DNA of 64,000 bases from an uncultured delta proteobacterium (GCA_963806225.1 CAWDXG010000004.1:928001-992000), one strand, 5' to 3'. Shown: positions 20,509-30,554, counted from the first letter of the stretch. Notes: generated by a model not told the origin, from the sequence alone. A program made the numbers and translations.

Positions 20509-22077
20509 GTGCCCGTGACCGGGGCGTGGAGTGTCCCGGGCGCGCCCGGCGACGGGCATCCGCGCGCACCGACCGCGGCGCTGCTCACGATGGTGCTGGT
20601 CATCGCCACCGCCGGCCTCGTCTACGAGCTGGTGATGGCGGCCGTGGCCAGCTACGTGCTGGGCGATTCGGTCACGCAGTTCTCGATCGTGATCGGCGTG
20701 TACCTCTCGGCGCTGGGGCTGGGCGCGTACGCCTCGCGCTTCGTCGAACGCCGCCTGGCGCTGACGTTCGTCGACGTGGAGCTGGCCACGGCGCTCGTCG
20801 GTGGGCTTTCGGCGCCCGCACTGTTCTTCGCCTTCGGCTTCACCGGAGCCTTCCGGCTGGTGCTGTACTCCATCGTCGTCACGGTGGGCGCGCTGGTAGG
20901 CCTCGAGCTGCCGCTGCTCATCCGCATCCTCGAGCGCGAGCTTTCGTTGAAGGAGCTGATCGCGCGCGCGCTCACCTTCGACTACGCGGGCGCCCTGGTC
21001 GGTTCCCTCGCGTTCTCGCTGCTCCTGGTCCCGCACCTCGGGCTCGTGCACACCTCGATTGCATGCGGGCTCTTGAATGGCGTCGTGGCGCTCGCGTCCA
21101 CCTGGGTGCTCGCCGGCAGCACCGGCCCGGAACGCCGTTCGATGGCGGGAGCCCGCGTGCGGGCCGTACTGGTGCTGCTGGTGCTGGTGGTGCTCTTCTT
21201 CGAGGGAGGCCGGCTGCGCAAGGTCTCCGAGACGGCGATGTACCCGGGCCCGATGCTGCTCGCCGAGCAGTCCCCGTACCAGCGCATCGTCGTGGCGCGG
21301 CGCGGCGCGGGCTTCCAGCTGTTCCTGAACGGGAACCTGCAGTTTTCCTCGGCCGACGAGTTCCGCTACCACGAAGCGCTGGTGCATCCGGCCATGGCCG
21401 CCGCGGCAGAGCACCACCGGGTGCTGATCGGCGGCGGTGGCGACGGGCTCGCGGTGCGCGAGGTGCTGAAGTGGCCGGGCGTGCAATCCGTCACGCTGGT
21501 GGATCTCGATCGGCGGATGACCTCCCTCGCGCAGCACTCAGCCCTGCTCGCCGGACAGAACCAGCGCTCCTTTTCCGACCCGCGCGTCCACATCGTGAAC
21601 GCCGACGCGATGGTGTGGTTCGGCACGAGCCGCGACAAGTTCGACGTGGTGCTGCTCGATTTCCCGGATCCGACGAACTACTCGCTCGGCAAGCTCTACT
21701 CGCGGCGCTTCTACAAGCTGGCCGCCACCCGGCTCGCCTCCGACGGCGCGATGGTCGTGCAGTCGACCTCGCCGATGTTCGCCCGCGACGCGTTCTGGTG
21801 CGTCGTACACACGCTCGGCAGCGTGGGTCTCTCGACGTTGCCCTATCACGTGTTCGTGCCGTCCTTCGGCGAGTGGGGCTACGTGCTGGCGCGCCACCAT
21901 GCGGGGCCGCGTCCGGGGCGCCTTCCGCCCGCACCCCTGCGCTATCTCGACCCGGACACGCTGCGCGCGCTGTTCGACTTCCCCCCGGACATGTCGGAGC
22001 GACCGACACGGCTGAACCGCCTCGACAACCAGGCTCTGGTTGCCTACTACCTCGGCGCCTGGGCGCGCTGGAACTAG
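20509..22077 (+). CDS. speE: Polyamine aminopropyltransferase (membrane-anchored spermidine synthase type)
   Basis: N-terminal TM bundle (GLVYEL, GDSVTQFS), QSPYQRI, NGNLQFSSADEFRYHEALVHP, GGGDGLA, DFPDP and VPSFGEWG. Start approximate. Confidence 0.9.
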   Translation: MPVTGAWSVPGAPGDGHPRAPTAALLTMVLVIATAGLVYELVMAAVASYVLGDSVTQFSIVIGVYLSALGLGAYASRFVERRLALTFVDVELATALVGGLSAPALFFAFGFTGAFRLVLYSIVVTVGALVGLELPLLIRILERELSLKELIARALTFDYAGALVGSLAFSLLLVPHLGLVHTSIACGLLNGVVALASTWVLAGSTGPERRSMAGARVRAVLVLLVLVVLFFEGGRLRKVSETAMYPGPMLLAEQSPYQRIVVARRGAGFQLFLNGNLQFSSADEFRYHEALVHPAMAAAAEHHRVLIGGGGDGLAVREVLKWPGVQSVTLVDLDRRMTSLAQHSALLAGQNQRSFSDPRVHIVNADAMVWFGTSRDKFDVVLLDFPDPTNYSLGKLYSRRFYKLAATRLASDGAMVVQSTSPMFARDAFWCVVHTLGSVGLSTLPYHVFVPSFGEWGYVLARHHAGPRPGRLPPAPLRYLDPDTLRALFDFPPDMSERPTRLNRLDNQALVAYYLGAWARWN

Positions 22078-22080
22078 GAA

Positions 22081-22118
22081 TGTAGCAAAATGTCACAGGT
22101 TTGTGACATTTTGCTACA
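22081..22118. repeat. Perfect 17-bp AT-rich inverted repeat between convergent genes (possible bidirectional terminator or operator)
   Basis: TGTAGCAAAATGTCACA-GGTT-TGTGACATTTTGCTACA fills almost the whole 43-bp gap between the speE and kinase stop codons. Confidence 0.9.
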
Positions 22119-22120
22119 GA

Positions 22121-23791
22121 TCAGAAGCCCGGATCGGTCATGGGCGGCGGCACGAAGCCGCCGCTCGACTTGGTCTGCTTGACCGGCGGCTTCTTGTCCG
22201 GCTTCGCGCTGGCAGCGGGCTTGACCGGCGTGGGCGCCTTCTTCGCGGGGTTCATCGCGTGCGCCACCGCGGGGTGCGTCGTCTTCGCCGGCTCGTCCTT
22301 CTCCAGAGCCAGCTGGCTGGGATCGATGGCGTCGTCCTCGGAGGGCGCCGAAGACTTCGCCGAAGGCGACGCGGGCTTGTCCGCCGGCGCGGCCTGCTGG
22401 GTCGCTGCCGCCGCCGCAGGATGGGCCGGGACGTTGACCTCATGGACGGCGGTGCCTCCGCCGCGGGTGAGCAGCACGGCACCGCCGATCAGCGCGCCCG
22501 TCAGGAGCAGAGCGCCGACGATCCACACCGCACCGCGCGAGCGTGCCGGCGCCGGCGAGCTGGGAGTCTCGGTGCCGTAGGGCGTGAGCGGTCCGCTCAC
22601 CGGACCCGCCGGAGTCGAGTTCTCCGAAGCCAGCGTGGGTCGCCCGCTGCCGGGAGACGAGAGCTCGGCGGCCTGCGGCATGAGGAGCGCTGCCGTCTGT
22701 TGGCTGAGCGGCGTCCCGCCGTGGACCGACTGGCGCGCCAGCTCCGTGAGCGGCCGGAGCTTCGCGGGCGCGACTTCGTCCGCGCCCTGCGCGCGATCGT
22801 CGGCCAGACGGATTGCCTCGCGCAGCGCCGAGCGACGCTCGTCGCCGCGCTCGCCCAGCAGTCCGGTCACGAACTTGCCGACATCCTCGGTGCGCACACG
22901 CGGTACCGTCGGTGGAAACACCCGATCGAGCGCAGCCTCGAACTCGGCTGCGGTCTGGAAGCGCTTTTCGGGATCCCGGTCGAGCGCCTTCAGCACGACC
23001 GTCTCGAGCGGCTTCGGGTAGTCCTTGTTGTAGGCGCGGGGCGCGATGATGGGCCGATCCGAGACGATGTTCTGCAGCGTCACGATGTCGCTCTCGCCAC
23101 GGAACGGATGCTTCCCGGTGGTCAGCTGGTAGAGGATGATGCCGAGTGCGAACACGTCGGTGCGACGGTCGATCGGACTGCCCAGCGCCTGCTCGGGCGA
23201 CATGTACGGTGGCTTGCCCTTGATCTGGCCAGCGCTCGTCTCCTCCGCAGTACGGCCCGCCGCCTTCGCGACACCGAAGTCGACGATCTTCACCATCCCG
23301 CTGTAGGTGATGAGGATGTTCTGCGGCGAGATGTCGCGATGCACGAGGCCGATCAGCTCGCCGCTCTCGCTCTTGAGCTCGTGGGCGGCATGCAGGCCCG
23401 CGCTCGCGTCGGCGACGATCTTCACGGCGACGGGCAGCGGAATGCCGTCGGCCTTGGCGGCGGCGCGCCGAAGCGAGCTGAGCGGCTCGCCGTCCACCCA
23501 CTCCATGACGAGGTACAGCACATCGTCCTGCTCGCCGAGGTCGAGGATCTCCACGACGTTCGGGTGACGGATGCGCGCGCAGATCTGCGCCTCGTCGAGG
23601 AACATCTGCTCGAACTGCGGATCGTCCGAGATGCTGGGCAGCATCGTCTTGACCGCGACGGTCTTGCTGAACCCGCGCGTACCCTTGAGACGCGCCGCCC
23701 ACACCGCGGCCATGCCCCCCTGCGCGATCGGCACCAGGAACTCGTAGCGGCCTACAGTCTGCCCCGGCTGGATTTCCCCAAGCGTTCTCAT
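22121..23791 (-). CDS. Hanks-type Ser/Thr protein kinase with a TM segment and Pro/Ala/Lys-rich C-terminus
   Basis: Motifs GGMAAV, VAVK, HRDISPQN, DFGVAK, YMSPEQ and DVFALG; TM segment WIVGALLLTGALIGGAVLL. Confidence 0.95.
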   Translation of the reverse strand: MRTLGEIQPGQTVGRYEFLVPIAQGGMAAVWAARLKGTRGFSKTVAVKTMLPSISDDPQFEQMFLDEAQICARIRHPNVVEILDLGEQDDVLYLVMEWVDGEPLSSLRRAAAKADGIPLPVAVKIVADASAGLHAAHELKSESGELIGLVHRDISPQNILITYSGMVKIVDFGVAKAAGRTAEETSAGQIKGKPPYMSPEQALGSPIDRRTDVFALGIILYQLTTGKHPFRGESDIVTLQNIVSDRPIIAPRAYNKDYPKPLETVVLKALDRDPEKRFQTAAEFEAALDRVFPPTVPRVRTEDVGKFVTGLLGERGDERRSALREAIRLADDRAQGADEVAPAKLRPLTELARQSVHGGTPLSQQTAALLMPQAAELSSPGSGRPTLASENSTPAGPVSGPLTPYGTETPSSPAPARSRGAVWIVGALLLTGALIGGAVLLTRGGGTAVHEVNVPAHPAAAAATQQAAPADKPASPSAKSSAPSEDDAIDPSQLALEKDEPAKTTHPAVAHAMNPAKKAPTPVKPAASAKPDKKPPVKQTKSSGGFVPPPMTDPGF

Positions 23792-23942
23792 GACGAAGGA
23801 ACGGTGGGCGGAGGGTGGCAGAGCATGACGTGCTGCACAAGTGAGCCGGGGAGCATGTCGGTCCATGTAGGCGCGGGTAGGACCCGCGACCGCTCTCCCA
23901 TACTATCACCCGGCGCGCGGCGCGGCACGTCGCCCGATCACG

Positions 23943-25583
23943 TCAGCTGACGATGCACACGCTGCCGCCGCGGCGCGGATCCCCGGCGCCGTGAAAAACC
24001 AGGCCGTCGCGCAGGGCCAGATGCACGCCGCCGAAGAACATGTTGGGCGTGTCGAAAATGACCGGCCGATCCGGATAAGCGCCCACCAGCGCGGCAACGC
24101 TGTCCTCGGCCAGCTCGGCGCCGCCAGGTCCGCGACGCTCGAAAGCGATCTGCCGCGGCCAGCGGCCGACAGCGTCGGGGGCCCGGCTGCGCACCGCCTC
24201 GAGATGCACGCGCGGAGCGAGCACGGCGGCGTCGGGCGCCGCGCCGTGCTCGAGCAGATGCGAGATGACGGAGAGGATGGCGTTGCGCAACCGGTTCGAG
24301 CCGCCGCTGCCGAGTGCGATCGTGCGCGCGCTGCCGCCCACGAGCACGCTCGGCGCCATCATGGTGACGAGCCGCGTACCGGGCGCATCGTGGTGGAATC
24401 CGCGCGGGTGGATGTCCTCCTCGCCCATCAGGTTGTTGACGTGGATGCCGGTGCCCTCGAGCACGTGGCCCGAGCCTTCGCCATTGGTCAGCGTCAGCGA
24501 GGCGGCGCCGCCGTGCTCGTCGAGCGCGCTGATGTGTGTGGTCGAGCCGAGCGGGTGGCCGGGCGCCGCGAGCGAGCGGTCGGCGAGGCCGGCGCGCAGC
24601 GCGGCGATGCGTTCGTCGTCGAAAAGCATGGCAAGGAAGCGCGGATCGCGGCAGCGCTCGTCGAAGTTCTCGTCGCGCAGGTCGAGCAGCGCGTCCTCGA
24701 TGCGCGCGAGGCCGAGCACGTGCTCCGGCGACAGGAAGCCCGAGCGCTCGCCAAGCCCTTCCGAGAGCCGCAGGCCGAGGGCCACCAGCGCACCACCCGA
24801 TGACGGCGCCGACATCGTGTAGAGCCGGAAGCCGCCGTGGTCGACCTGGAGCGGTTCGGCGGCGAACACCTCGAGCTCTGCCACGTCACGCTCGGTGATG
24901 CGGCCGCCGGCGGACGGACCGAACTGATCGGCCAGCGCCGCGTACAGCTCGCGGACGTGCCCGGGACGGCGGGCGATGCGCTCGAGCGTGTCGGCCAGCT
25001 CGCGATTGTCGAGCCGCGCGCCGGCCCCGGCGAGCTGGCCGCCGAGCAGGTGCAGCGCCCTGACGCCGGGGCTGGCCGTGACGATCGGTTCGAGCAGATC
25101 GAACACGTAGGCGATGCCCGCGCCGAGCTCGTAGCCGCGCCGCCCGAGATCGACCGCGGGCTCGACGATCGCCGACAGCGGCAGCGAGCCCCAGCGGCGG
25201 TGCGCCTCGAGCAGCCCGGGCAGCGCGGCGGGTAGTGCCGCGCTGCCGCGCCCGATGTGGAAGACCTGCGTCGTCGCTCCGAAGTCGACCTCGACGTCGC
25301 GGAAGTCGAGATCGCCGCGCGGGTCGGCGCCGAGGCCGGGCGTGCGCGCGAAGAAGTCGAGGGCGGCAAGCTCACCCGATCCGTCGCCCGCGACCATCAC
25401 TCCGCCGCCGAAGGGACTGGCGAGCGGCAGCTCGCACACGAATGCCGCGAACGCCGCGCCAAGCGCCGCATCGATCGCGTTGCCGCCGGCCCGCAGACAC
25501 GCGGCTCCACTTTCGGCCGTAGCGGGATCGCCGGCCGCCACGACGCCGCGCGTGGGGGGCCGAAGCGCTCCTCGTTGGGTCAT
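23943..25583 (-). CDS. ggt: Gamma-glutamyltransferase family protein
   Basis: Motifs GGNAIDAA, DFFARTP, autoprocessing site GSTTHISALD, GSGGSNRL and C-terminal GAGDPRRGG. Confidence 0.88.
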   Translation of the reverse strand: MTQRGALRPPTRGVVAAGDPATAESGAACLRAGGNAIDAALGAAFAAFVCELPLASPFGGGVMVAGDGSGELAALDFFARTPGLGADPRGDLDFRDVEVDFGATTQVFHIGRGSAALPAALPGLLEAHRRWGSLPLSAIVEPAVDLGRRGYELGAGIAYVFDLLEPIVTASPGVRALHLLGGQLAGAGARLDNRELADTLERIARRPGHVRELYAALADQFGPSAGGRITERDVAELEVFAAEPLQVDHGGFRLYTMSAPSSGGALVALGLRLSEGLGERSGFLSPEHVLGLARIEDALLDLRDENFDERCRDPRFLAMLFDDERIAALRAGLADRSLAAPGHPLGSTTHISALDEHGGAASLTLTNGEGSGHVLEGTGIHVNNLMGEEDIHPRGFHHDAPGTRLVTMMAPSVLVGGSARTIALGSGGSNRLRNAILSVISHLLEHGAAPDAAVLAPRVHLEAVRSRAPDAVGRWPRQIAFERRGPGGAELAEDSVAALVGAYPDRPVIFDTPNMFFGGVHLALRDGLVFHGAGDPRRGGSVCIVS

Positions 25584-25676
25584 CGGGCGGAGGATAGCCG
25601 GACGGCGGTACCATTTCACTTCGTACCGGCACCGCCCCGGTTGCGCTGCCCGGCCTTGCGATCTATTCGCCCCGGG

Positions 25677-27242
25677 ATGCGAAGCCGGAGCCTGGGTGCA
25701 CTTCTGGCCGCTGCCGCGCTTGTGCTCGCGGCGCCGCCGTTGCCGGCCCAGCCCGGCTCTCCGTCCGCCCGGGCGCCCTCTGCCGTGCGGCTGGCGCTGG
25801 GACGGATGCGGCTCGCAATCGAGCGGAGCACCCTGGACAACGGGCTCAGCGTGGTGCTGGACCGCGACGCGAGTGCGCCAACGGTGACGGTCGGCGTACT
25901 CTACCGTTGCGGCGCGCGCGACGAGCCGGCCGGACAGAGCGGCATCGCGCATCTGCTGGAGGAGATGAGCTTCGAAGGCGGAGAGCACCTCCGGCCCGGC
26001 CAGCTCTCGCGGCTGATCGCCCAGCGCGGCGGGCAGAGCTCCGCCTCCGTCGATCACGACCGCACGCTGTTTCTCGACGAGCTGCCCGCGAACGAGCTCT
26101 CGCTCGGTCTATGGCTGGAATTTCAGCGGATGCGTTGGGCCACCCTGCCGGCGTCGCGCCTGCCCACGGTGCGGCGCGCCGCCGAAGCCGACGCGCGTCG
26201 CGTGCTCGAGGCGCCGCTTGCGCACGCGAAGCTCCGGCTCGGGGAGCTCGCGTTCCAGGGGCTCAGGCCCTACTCGCGACCCGCACTGGGCGTGCCGGAC
26301 GAGATCGCGCACGCCAGCGCCCGGCAGATCAAGGCGCTGTACCGGAGCTGCTACAGGCCGGAGAACGCCGTGCTGGTCGTCGCCGGCTCGTTCGACCCGG
26401 AGCACGCCATGCAGCTGGTGCACCGTCACTTCGACGCGATTGTCCGGCACAAGCACGCACCGAAGCCACGGCCGCTCTCCGCACCGCACCAGACGAGCGA
26501 GCGGGTCAGCGTGCTCGACAGCCAGCGCGCGGAGAGCGCCGCGCTGTTCAACGCATGGGTGATTCCGCCGCCGCACACTGCCGGGCACGACGCGCTGGCG
26601 TTGCTGGCCCGGGTGCTGGGCGACGGCGAGAGCTCGCGGCTGTACGACTCGCTGGTGCGGGTCCACGGGCTGGCGCGGGATGTCTCGGCGTGGACCGCCG
26701 GGCGGCACGGACCGGATCTGCTCGGCATCCGCGTGCTGCTCGCCGACGGCGCGGATCCGGACCGGGTCCAGAAGCTCGTCGATGCGGAGCTCGCGCGGCT
26801 GCGCCGGCACGGGCCGAGCGCCGCCGAGCTGGAGAAGGCCCGCGCGCTCGAGCGCACGGAATTCCTGCTGGGGCTGCAGTCGAACCGAAAGCGCGCTGCC
26901 CGGCTTGCAGAAGCCGAGGCGTTCGACGGGGACGCGCGGTCGATCGCGAACGGGCTGGACGGGTGCGAGTCGGTGACGACCTCTGCGATCGCGAGCGCGG
27001 CGGCGAAGTATCTCACCGCGCGCCACCGCACGGTCGTGGAGCTCCAGGGGCCGCCTCCTCCCGAAGCGAAGCACCACCACACGGCGAAGCACCACCACAC
27101 GGCGAAGCACCACCACACGGCGAAGCACCACCACACGGCGAAGCACCACCACACGGCGAAGCACCACCACACGGCGAAGCATCACCACACGGCGAAGCAT
27201 CACCACACGGCGAAGCATCACGCCAAGAAGGCGGTCCATTGA
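25677..27242 (+). CDS. M16 (insulinase) family peptidase-like protein with degenerate zinc motif and His-rich tail
   Basis: Signal peptide, TLDNGL, SGIAHLLEEMSF (HxxEH changed to HxxEE), YRPENAVLVVAG, GESSRLY and a C-terminal (AKHHHT)n. Confidence 0.85.
   Translation: MRSRSLGALLAAAALVLAAPPLPAQPGSPSARAPSAVRLALGRMRLAIERSTLDNGLSVVLDRDASAPTVTVGVLYRCGARDEPAGQSGIAHLLEEMSFEGGEHLRPGQLSRLIAQRGGQSSASVDHDRTLFLDELPANELSLGLWLEFQRMRWATLPASRLPTVRRAAEADARRVLEAPLAHAKLRLGELAFQGLRPYSRPALGVPDEIAHASARQIKALYRSCYRPENAVLVVAGSFDPEHAMQLVHRHFDAIVRHKHAPKPRPLSAPHQTSERVSVLDSQRAESAALFNAWVIPPPHTAGHDALALLARVLGDGESSRLYDSLVRVHGLARDVSAWTAGRHGPDLLGIRVLLADGADPDRVQKLVDAELARLRRHGPSAAELEKARALERTEFLLGLQSNRKRAARLAEAEAFDGDARSIANGLDGCESVTTSAIASAAAKYLTARHRTVVELQGPPPPEAKHHHTAKHHHTAKHHHTAKHHHTAKHHHTAKHHHTAKHHHTAKHHHTAKHHAKKAVH
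27066..27221 (+). repeat. Coding 18-bp tandem repeat, (AKHHHT) x8 plus a partial unit
   Basis: GCGAAGCAYCACCACACG repeated 8 times from 27066, then a partial GCGAAGCATCAC. Confidence 0.95.
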
Positions 27243-28837
27243 CGCACTGGCCGCTCTTCGCCCTGGTCACGGCAGGCCTGTTACTGCCCGCGGGTTGCCG
27301 GCCGCGCTACGTCGAGCCGCCGCCTCAATCGGGTCCAGAGTCGCCGCGCGCGGCAAAGCACAGCGCCGCCAGCGGCGTCCCCGGAGTGTCCTCGGCCAAG
27401 GCCCCCGACCTTGACGCGCATCCGCCGGCCGAGGCTCCGCTGGGTGACGCGACCCTGCCGGCCGTCTCGAGCCGCACCCTGCCGAACGGGCTCGGTCTGC
27501 GCGTCATGCCACGCCGCACACTGCCGCTCGTCAGCGTGCGGCTGGTGGTACGCGCCGGGCGCGCCCGCGACGGCGCGAAGCCCGGAGTGGCGCAGCTCAC
27601 CGCGCAGCTGCTCGCCGCCAGCGGCGCGGGTCGCTGGACGCGGCGCAAGCTTGCCGCGCGCATCGAGTCGCTGGGTGGGCGACTCGGCGTGGGCACGGAT
27701 CGCGACGCGACCTGGCTCGGTCTGGACGTCACGCGGGACCATCTCGACAGCGCGCTCGATCTGATCGCGGCACTCGCAACACAGCCGCGCTTCTTGCCGG
27801 CCACGTTCCAGCGAGTGAAGCAGCGAGCCCAGGACGCCGTGCGGGCACGCCGGGCGGCGCATCCCGGCGACTCCATGCAGCAGGCGCTCGTGCGCAGGCT
27901 GTTCGAGCTGCCGGTCGGCGTGAGCCCCTACGCGCACGGCCGCGCCAGCGCAGACGAGCTCGGAGCGCTGTCGCTCGCGGACTGCCGGCGCTGGTACCAC
28001 GCGGAGTTCGTGCCCGGAAACGCAGTGCTGGTGGTCGCCGGCGATGTCGGCAGCGACGACGTGGCGCGTTCGGCCGGAGCCGCCTTCGCGCGCTGGAAGG
28101 GCCATCCCGTCAGCGCGCCGACACCCACCGCCGCACTGCCGCCCGATCGCGTCGAGGTCGACGTGATCGATCGCCCGGCAAGCCGTCACAGCGACATCGT
28201 GGTCGGAACGCTGGGCCCCGACCGGGACAGCTCGCGCTGGGCGGCACTGCTCGGCGCGGTCGAGCTCCTGGGCGGGGAGTCGGGACGACTTTCGCACGGT
28301 CTTTCCGGTCGGCGGCATCTCGCAACGCAGGTCAGCGCACGCGTGGAGCCGATGGCGCACGGTCCCGCGCTGGTCGTGTTGTCTGCCCGCAGCACCACGC
28401 CCCACACGGCGCAGGCGGTGCAGGGCATCCTCGATGCAATGGGAAAGCTGGCCGGCGCGCTGCCGGAGGACGCGGAAACGGAAACAGCGCTGCGCGCGAT
28501 CGTGGAGCGCGGCGCACGGCGGGCGGAGACCGTGCAGGGGCTGGCGCGGATGGGGACACGGCTCGCCGGGCTCGGCTTGCCGGACGACGCCTACGCGGAG
28601 CTCGACCGCGCGCTCCGCGATCTCGATCCGCGATCCGTCAACGCCGCGGCGCAGCTGTTCCTTCGCAAGCGGCACGTGCGGGTCGTGGTGAGCGGCGACG
28701 CCAAGCGCATCGCGCACGCGCTCGCGCACTTCGGGCCGGTGCACCTGGTGAATCCGGCGCACGACTACACGGTGATCCGCTCGCTGCCCGCGGACCCGGC
28801 GGCGCCGCTGGTCATCCCCGCCGGGAAGACGAAGTGA
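27239..28837 (+). CDS. M16 family non-catalytic partner subunit, lipoprotein
   Basis: TTG overlaps the upstream stop (TTGA). Lipobox LPAGC; TLPNGL, LPLVSVRLVVRAG and FVPGNAVLVVAGD; no HxxEH. Confidence 0.8.
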   Translation: MTHWPLFALVTAGLLLPAGCRPRYVEPPPQSGPESPRAAKHSAASGVPGVSSAKAPDLDAHPPAEAPLGDATLPAVSSRTLPNGLGLRVMPRRTLPLVSVRLVVRAGRARDGAKPGVAQLTAQLLAASGAGRWTRRKLAARIESLGGRLGVGTDRDATWLGLDVTRDHLDSALDLIAALATQPRFLPATFQRVKQRAQDAVRARRAAHPGDSMQQALVRRLFELPVGVSPYAHGRASADELGALSLADCRRWYHAEFVPGNAVLVVAGDVGSDDVARSAGAAFARWKGHPVSAPTPTAALPPDRVEVDVIDRPASRHSDIVVGTLGPDRDSSRWAALLGAVELLGGESGRLSHGLSGRRHLATQVSARVEPMAHGPALVVLSARSTTPHTAQAVQGILDAMGKLAGALPEDAETETALRAIVERGARRAETVQGLARMGTRLAGLGLPDDAYAELDRALRDLDPRSVNAAAQLFLRKRHVRVVVSGDAKRIAHALAHFGPVHLVNPAHDYTVIRSLPADPAAPLVIPAGKTK

Positions 28838-29811
28838 GCCGCCGCATCGTAGTGACCAGCCCCCTGCCGGGCGGAGCGCTCGAGCTTCTCCGCACTCGCC
28901 ACGACGTGGACCTGCTCGGCGGCGAGGCGGCACCGAACGCCCACGAGCTGCACTCGGCGATGCGCGACGCGGACGCGCTCCTGTGCATGCTGACCGATCC
29001 GGTGCCGCGTGAGGCGATCGCCGCGGCCCGCCGCCTGCAGGTGATCGGCAACTGCGCGGTCGGCTACGACAACATCGACGTGGCCGCAGCAACGGAGCAC
29101 GGCGTGCAGGTCGTCAACACGCCGAACGTGCTCACCGACGCGACGGCAGACCTGGCCTGGGCCCTTCTGCTGGCCGCGGCGCGTCGCATCGCCGAAGCGG
29201 ATCGTTTCGTGCGGGCCGGTCGTTTCCACGGCTGGCGGCTCGATCTGCTTCTGGGCCGTCCGCTCCGGGGTCGCACACTGGGCATCGCCGGCATGGGACG
29301 CATCGGCAGTGCGATCGCCGAGCGCGCTCGCGGTTTTGGTCTCGCGGTGCTCTACACGCAGCGCCATCGACTCGACGCCGCCGCAGAAACGCGGCTCGGC
29401 GCGCGCTATGTGGGCAAGGCGGAACTGCTCGCGCAGAGCGACTTCCTGTCGCTCTGCCTGCCAGGCGGACCGGCGACCCGGCGCTGGCTCGATCGCGACG
29501 CGATTTCCGCGCTCCGGCCGGGCGCCGTGGTGGTCAATACCGGACGCGGAAGCACCCTCGACGAGGCGGCGCTGGCGGATGCACTCGAACGCGGCCACAT
29601 CGCGGCTGCGGGGCTCGATGTGTTCGAGCGGGAACCCGTTGTGGAGCCGCGCCTGCTGGCGCTCGACAACGTCGTGCTCGCGCCGCACATCGGCAGCGCT
29701 ACGGACGAGACCCGGAGCGCCATGGCCCGGGCCGTGGCCGAGGACATCCTGCGCGTGCTGGCGGGCGAGGCGCCGCACAATCCGGTCAACTCCCCTGCCC
29801 GCTCAGCTTGA
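28834..29811 (+). CDS. D-2-hydroxyacid dehydrogenase (glyoxylate reductase / D-glycerate dehydrogenase type)
   Basis: Motifs AVGYDNID, NTPNVLTDATAD, GMGRIG, NTGRG, GLDVFEREP and PHIGSA. Confidence 0.92.
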   Translation: MSRRIVVTSPLPGGALELLRTRHDVDLLGGEAAPNAHELHSAMRDADALLCMLTDPVPREAIAAARRLQVIGNCAVGYDNIDVAAATEHGVQVVNTPNVLTDATADLAWALLLAAARRIAEADRFVRAGRFHGWRLDLLLGRPLRGRTLGIAGMGRIGSAIAERARGFGLAVLYTQRHRLDAAAETRLGARYVGKAELLAQSDFLSLCLPGGPATRRWLDRDAISALRPGAVVVNTGRGSTLDEAALADALERGHIAAAGLDVFEREPVVEPRLLALDNVVLAPHIGSATDETRSAMARAVAEDILRVLAGEAPHNPVNSPARSA

Positions 29812-30381
29812 GCCCGACCGTCGCCGCGGACGCCCCGTGGCGAGCCAGCACAAGAGCTGCCCGAGCGCGCACACCAGCGCGACCAGAACGAGCGCCGCCG
29901 CAACGAAGCCGGCGTAGGTTCCCCCCAGGAAATGCCAGCCCTGGGGGACCGCGTGGACCACGTTCACGTTGAACCGCGGCGGCAGCAGGAGTCGCGAGAG
30001 GGCCAGCGTCGCGGCCAGCGTGCCGAGCGCCGCGAGCCAGCCGCGCGGGGCGAAACCCGAACGCCACACGCCGTACAGCGCGGCCAGCATGCCGCCAACG
30101 TGCACGCCCCACGATGTCGGCAGGATGTTCGCCCCCGCCACGAGACTGTCGAGCAGCCACACGACGGTTCCCGGCATGAGCCACGTGAAAGCGACCGCAC
30201 ACAGCGTCGGCGAGCGCAGGATGACCCCCGGCGCCACCAGCACCGCCGACACGTTGCACACCCAGAAGATGTCGTACCAGCGCCCCGCCGAAAGGTGCGC
30301 CGCGTCGTGGAGCAGGATGGCGACGAACGCGAAGCCAGCGACCGCGAAGTCGAGGTAGCGCAGGCGCGTCCAGGTGCTCAC
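29803..30381 (-). CDS. Hypothetical membrane protein
   Basis: About 6 hydrophobic helices; FWVCN and NVN motifs. Confidence 0.65.
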   Translation of the reverse strand: MSTWTRLRYLDFAVAGFAFVAILLHDAAHLSAGRWYDIFWVCNVSAVLVAPGVILRSPTLCAVAFTWLMPGTVVWLLDSLVAGANILPTSWGVHVGGMLAALYGVWRSGFAPRGWLAALGTLAATLALSRLLLPPRFNVNVVHAVPQGWHFLGGTYAGFVAAALVLVALVCALGQLLCWLATGRPRRRSGSS

Positions 30382-30554
30382 CGGCGGAGACTGTACGTCG
30401 TCCCGGGGACAGAACCGGCTGCCAGGACGCGGGAGGCCTGTGGAAACCCTGGGGCAGGGTTGGGGCGAGCCTGCGGGCTACTTGTGTTCAGGGTTCTGGA
30501 AGTTCAGCAGTGCGCAGACGACTAGCAGAGGAAAATCCAGCCGGTCCGCGCTCT

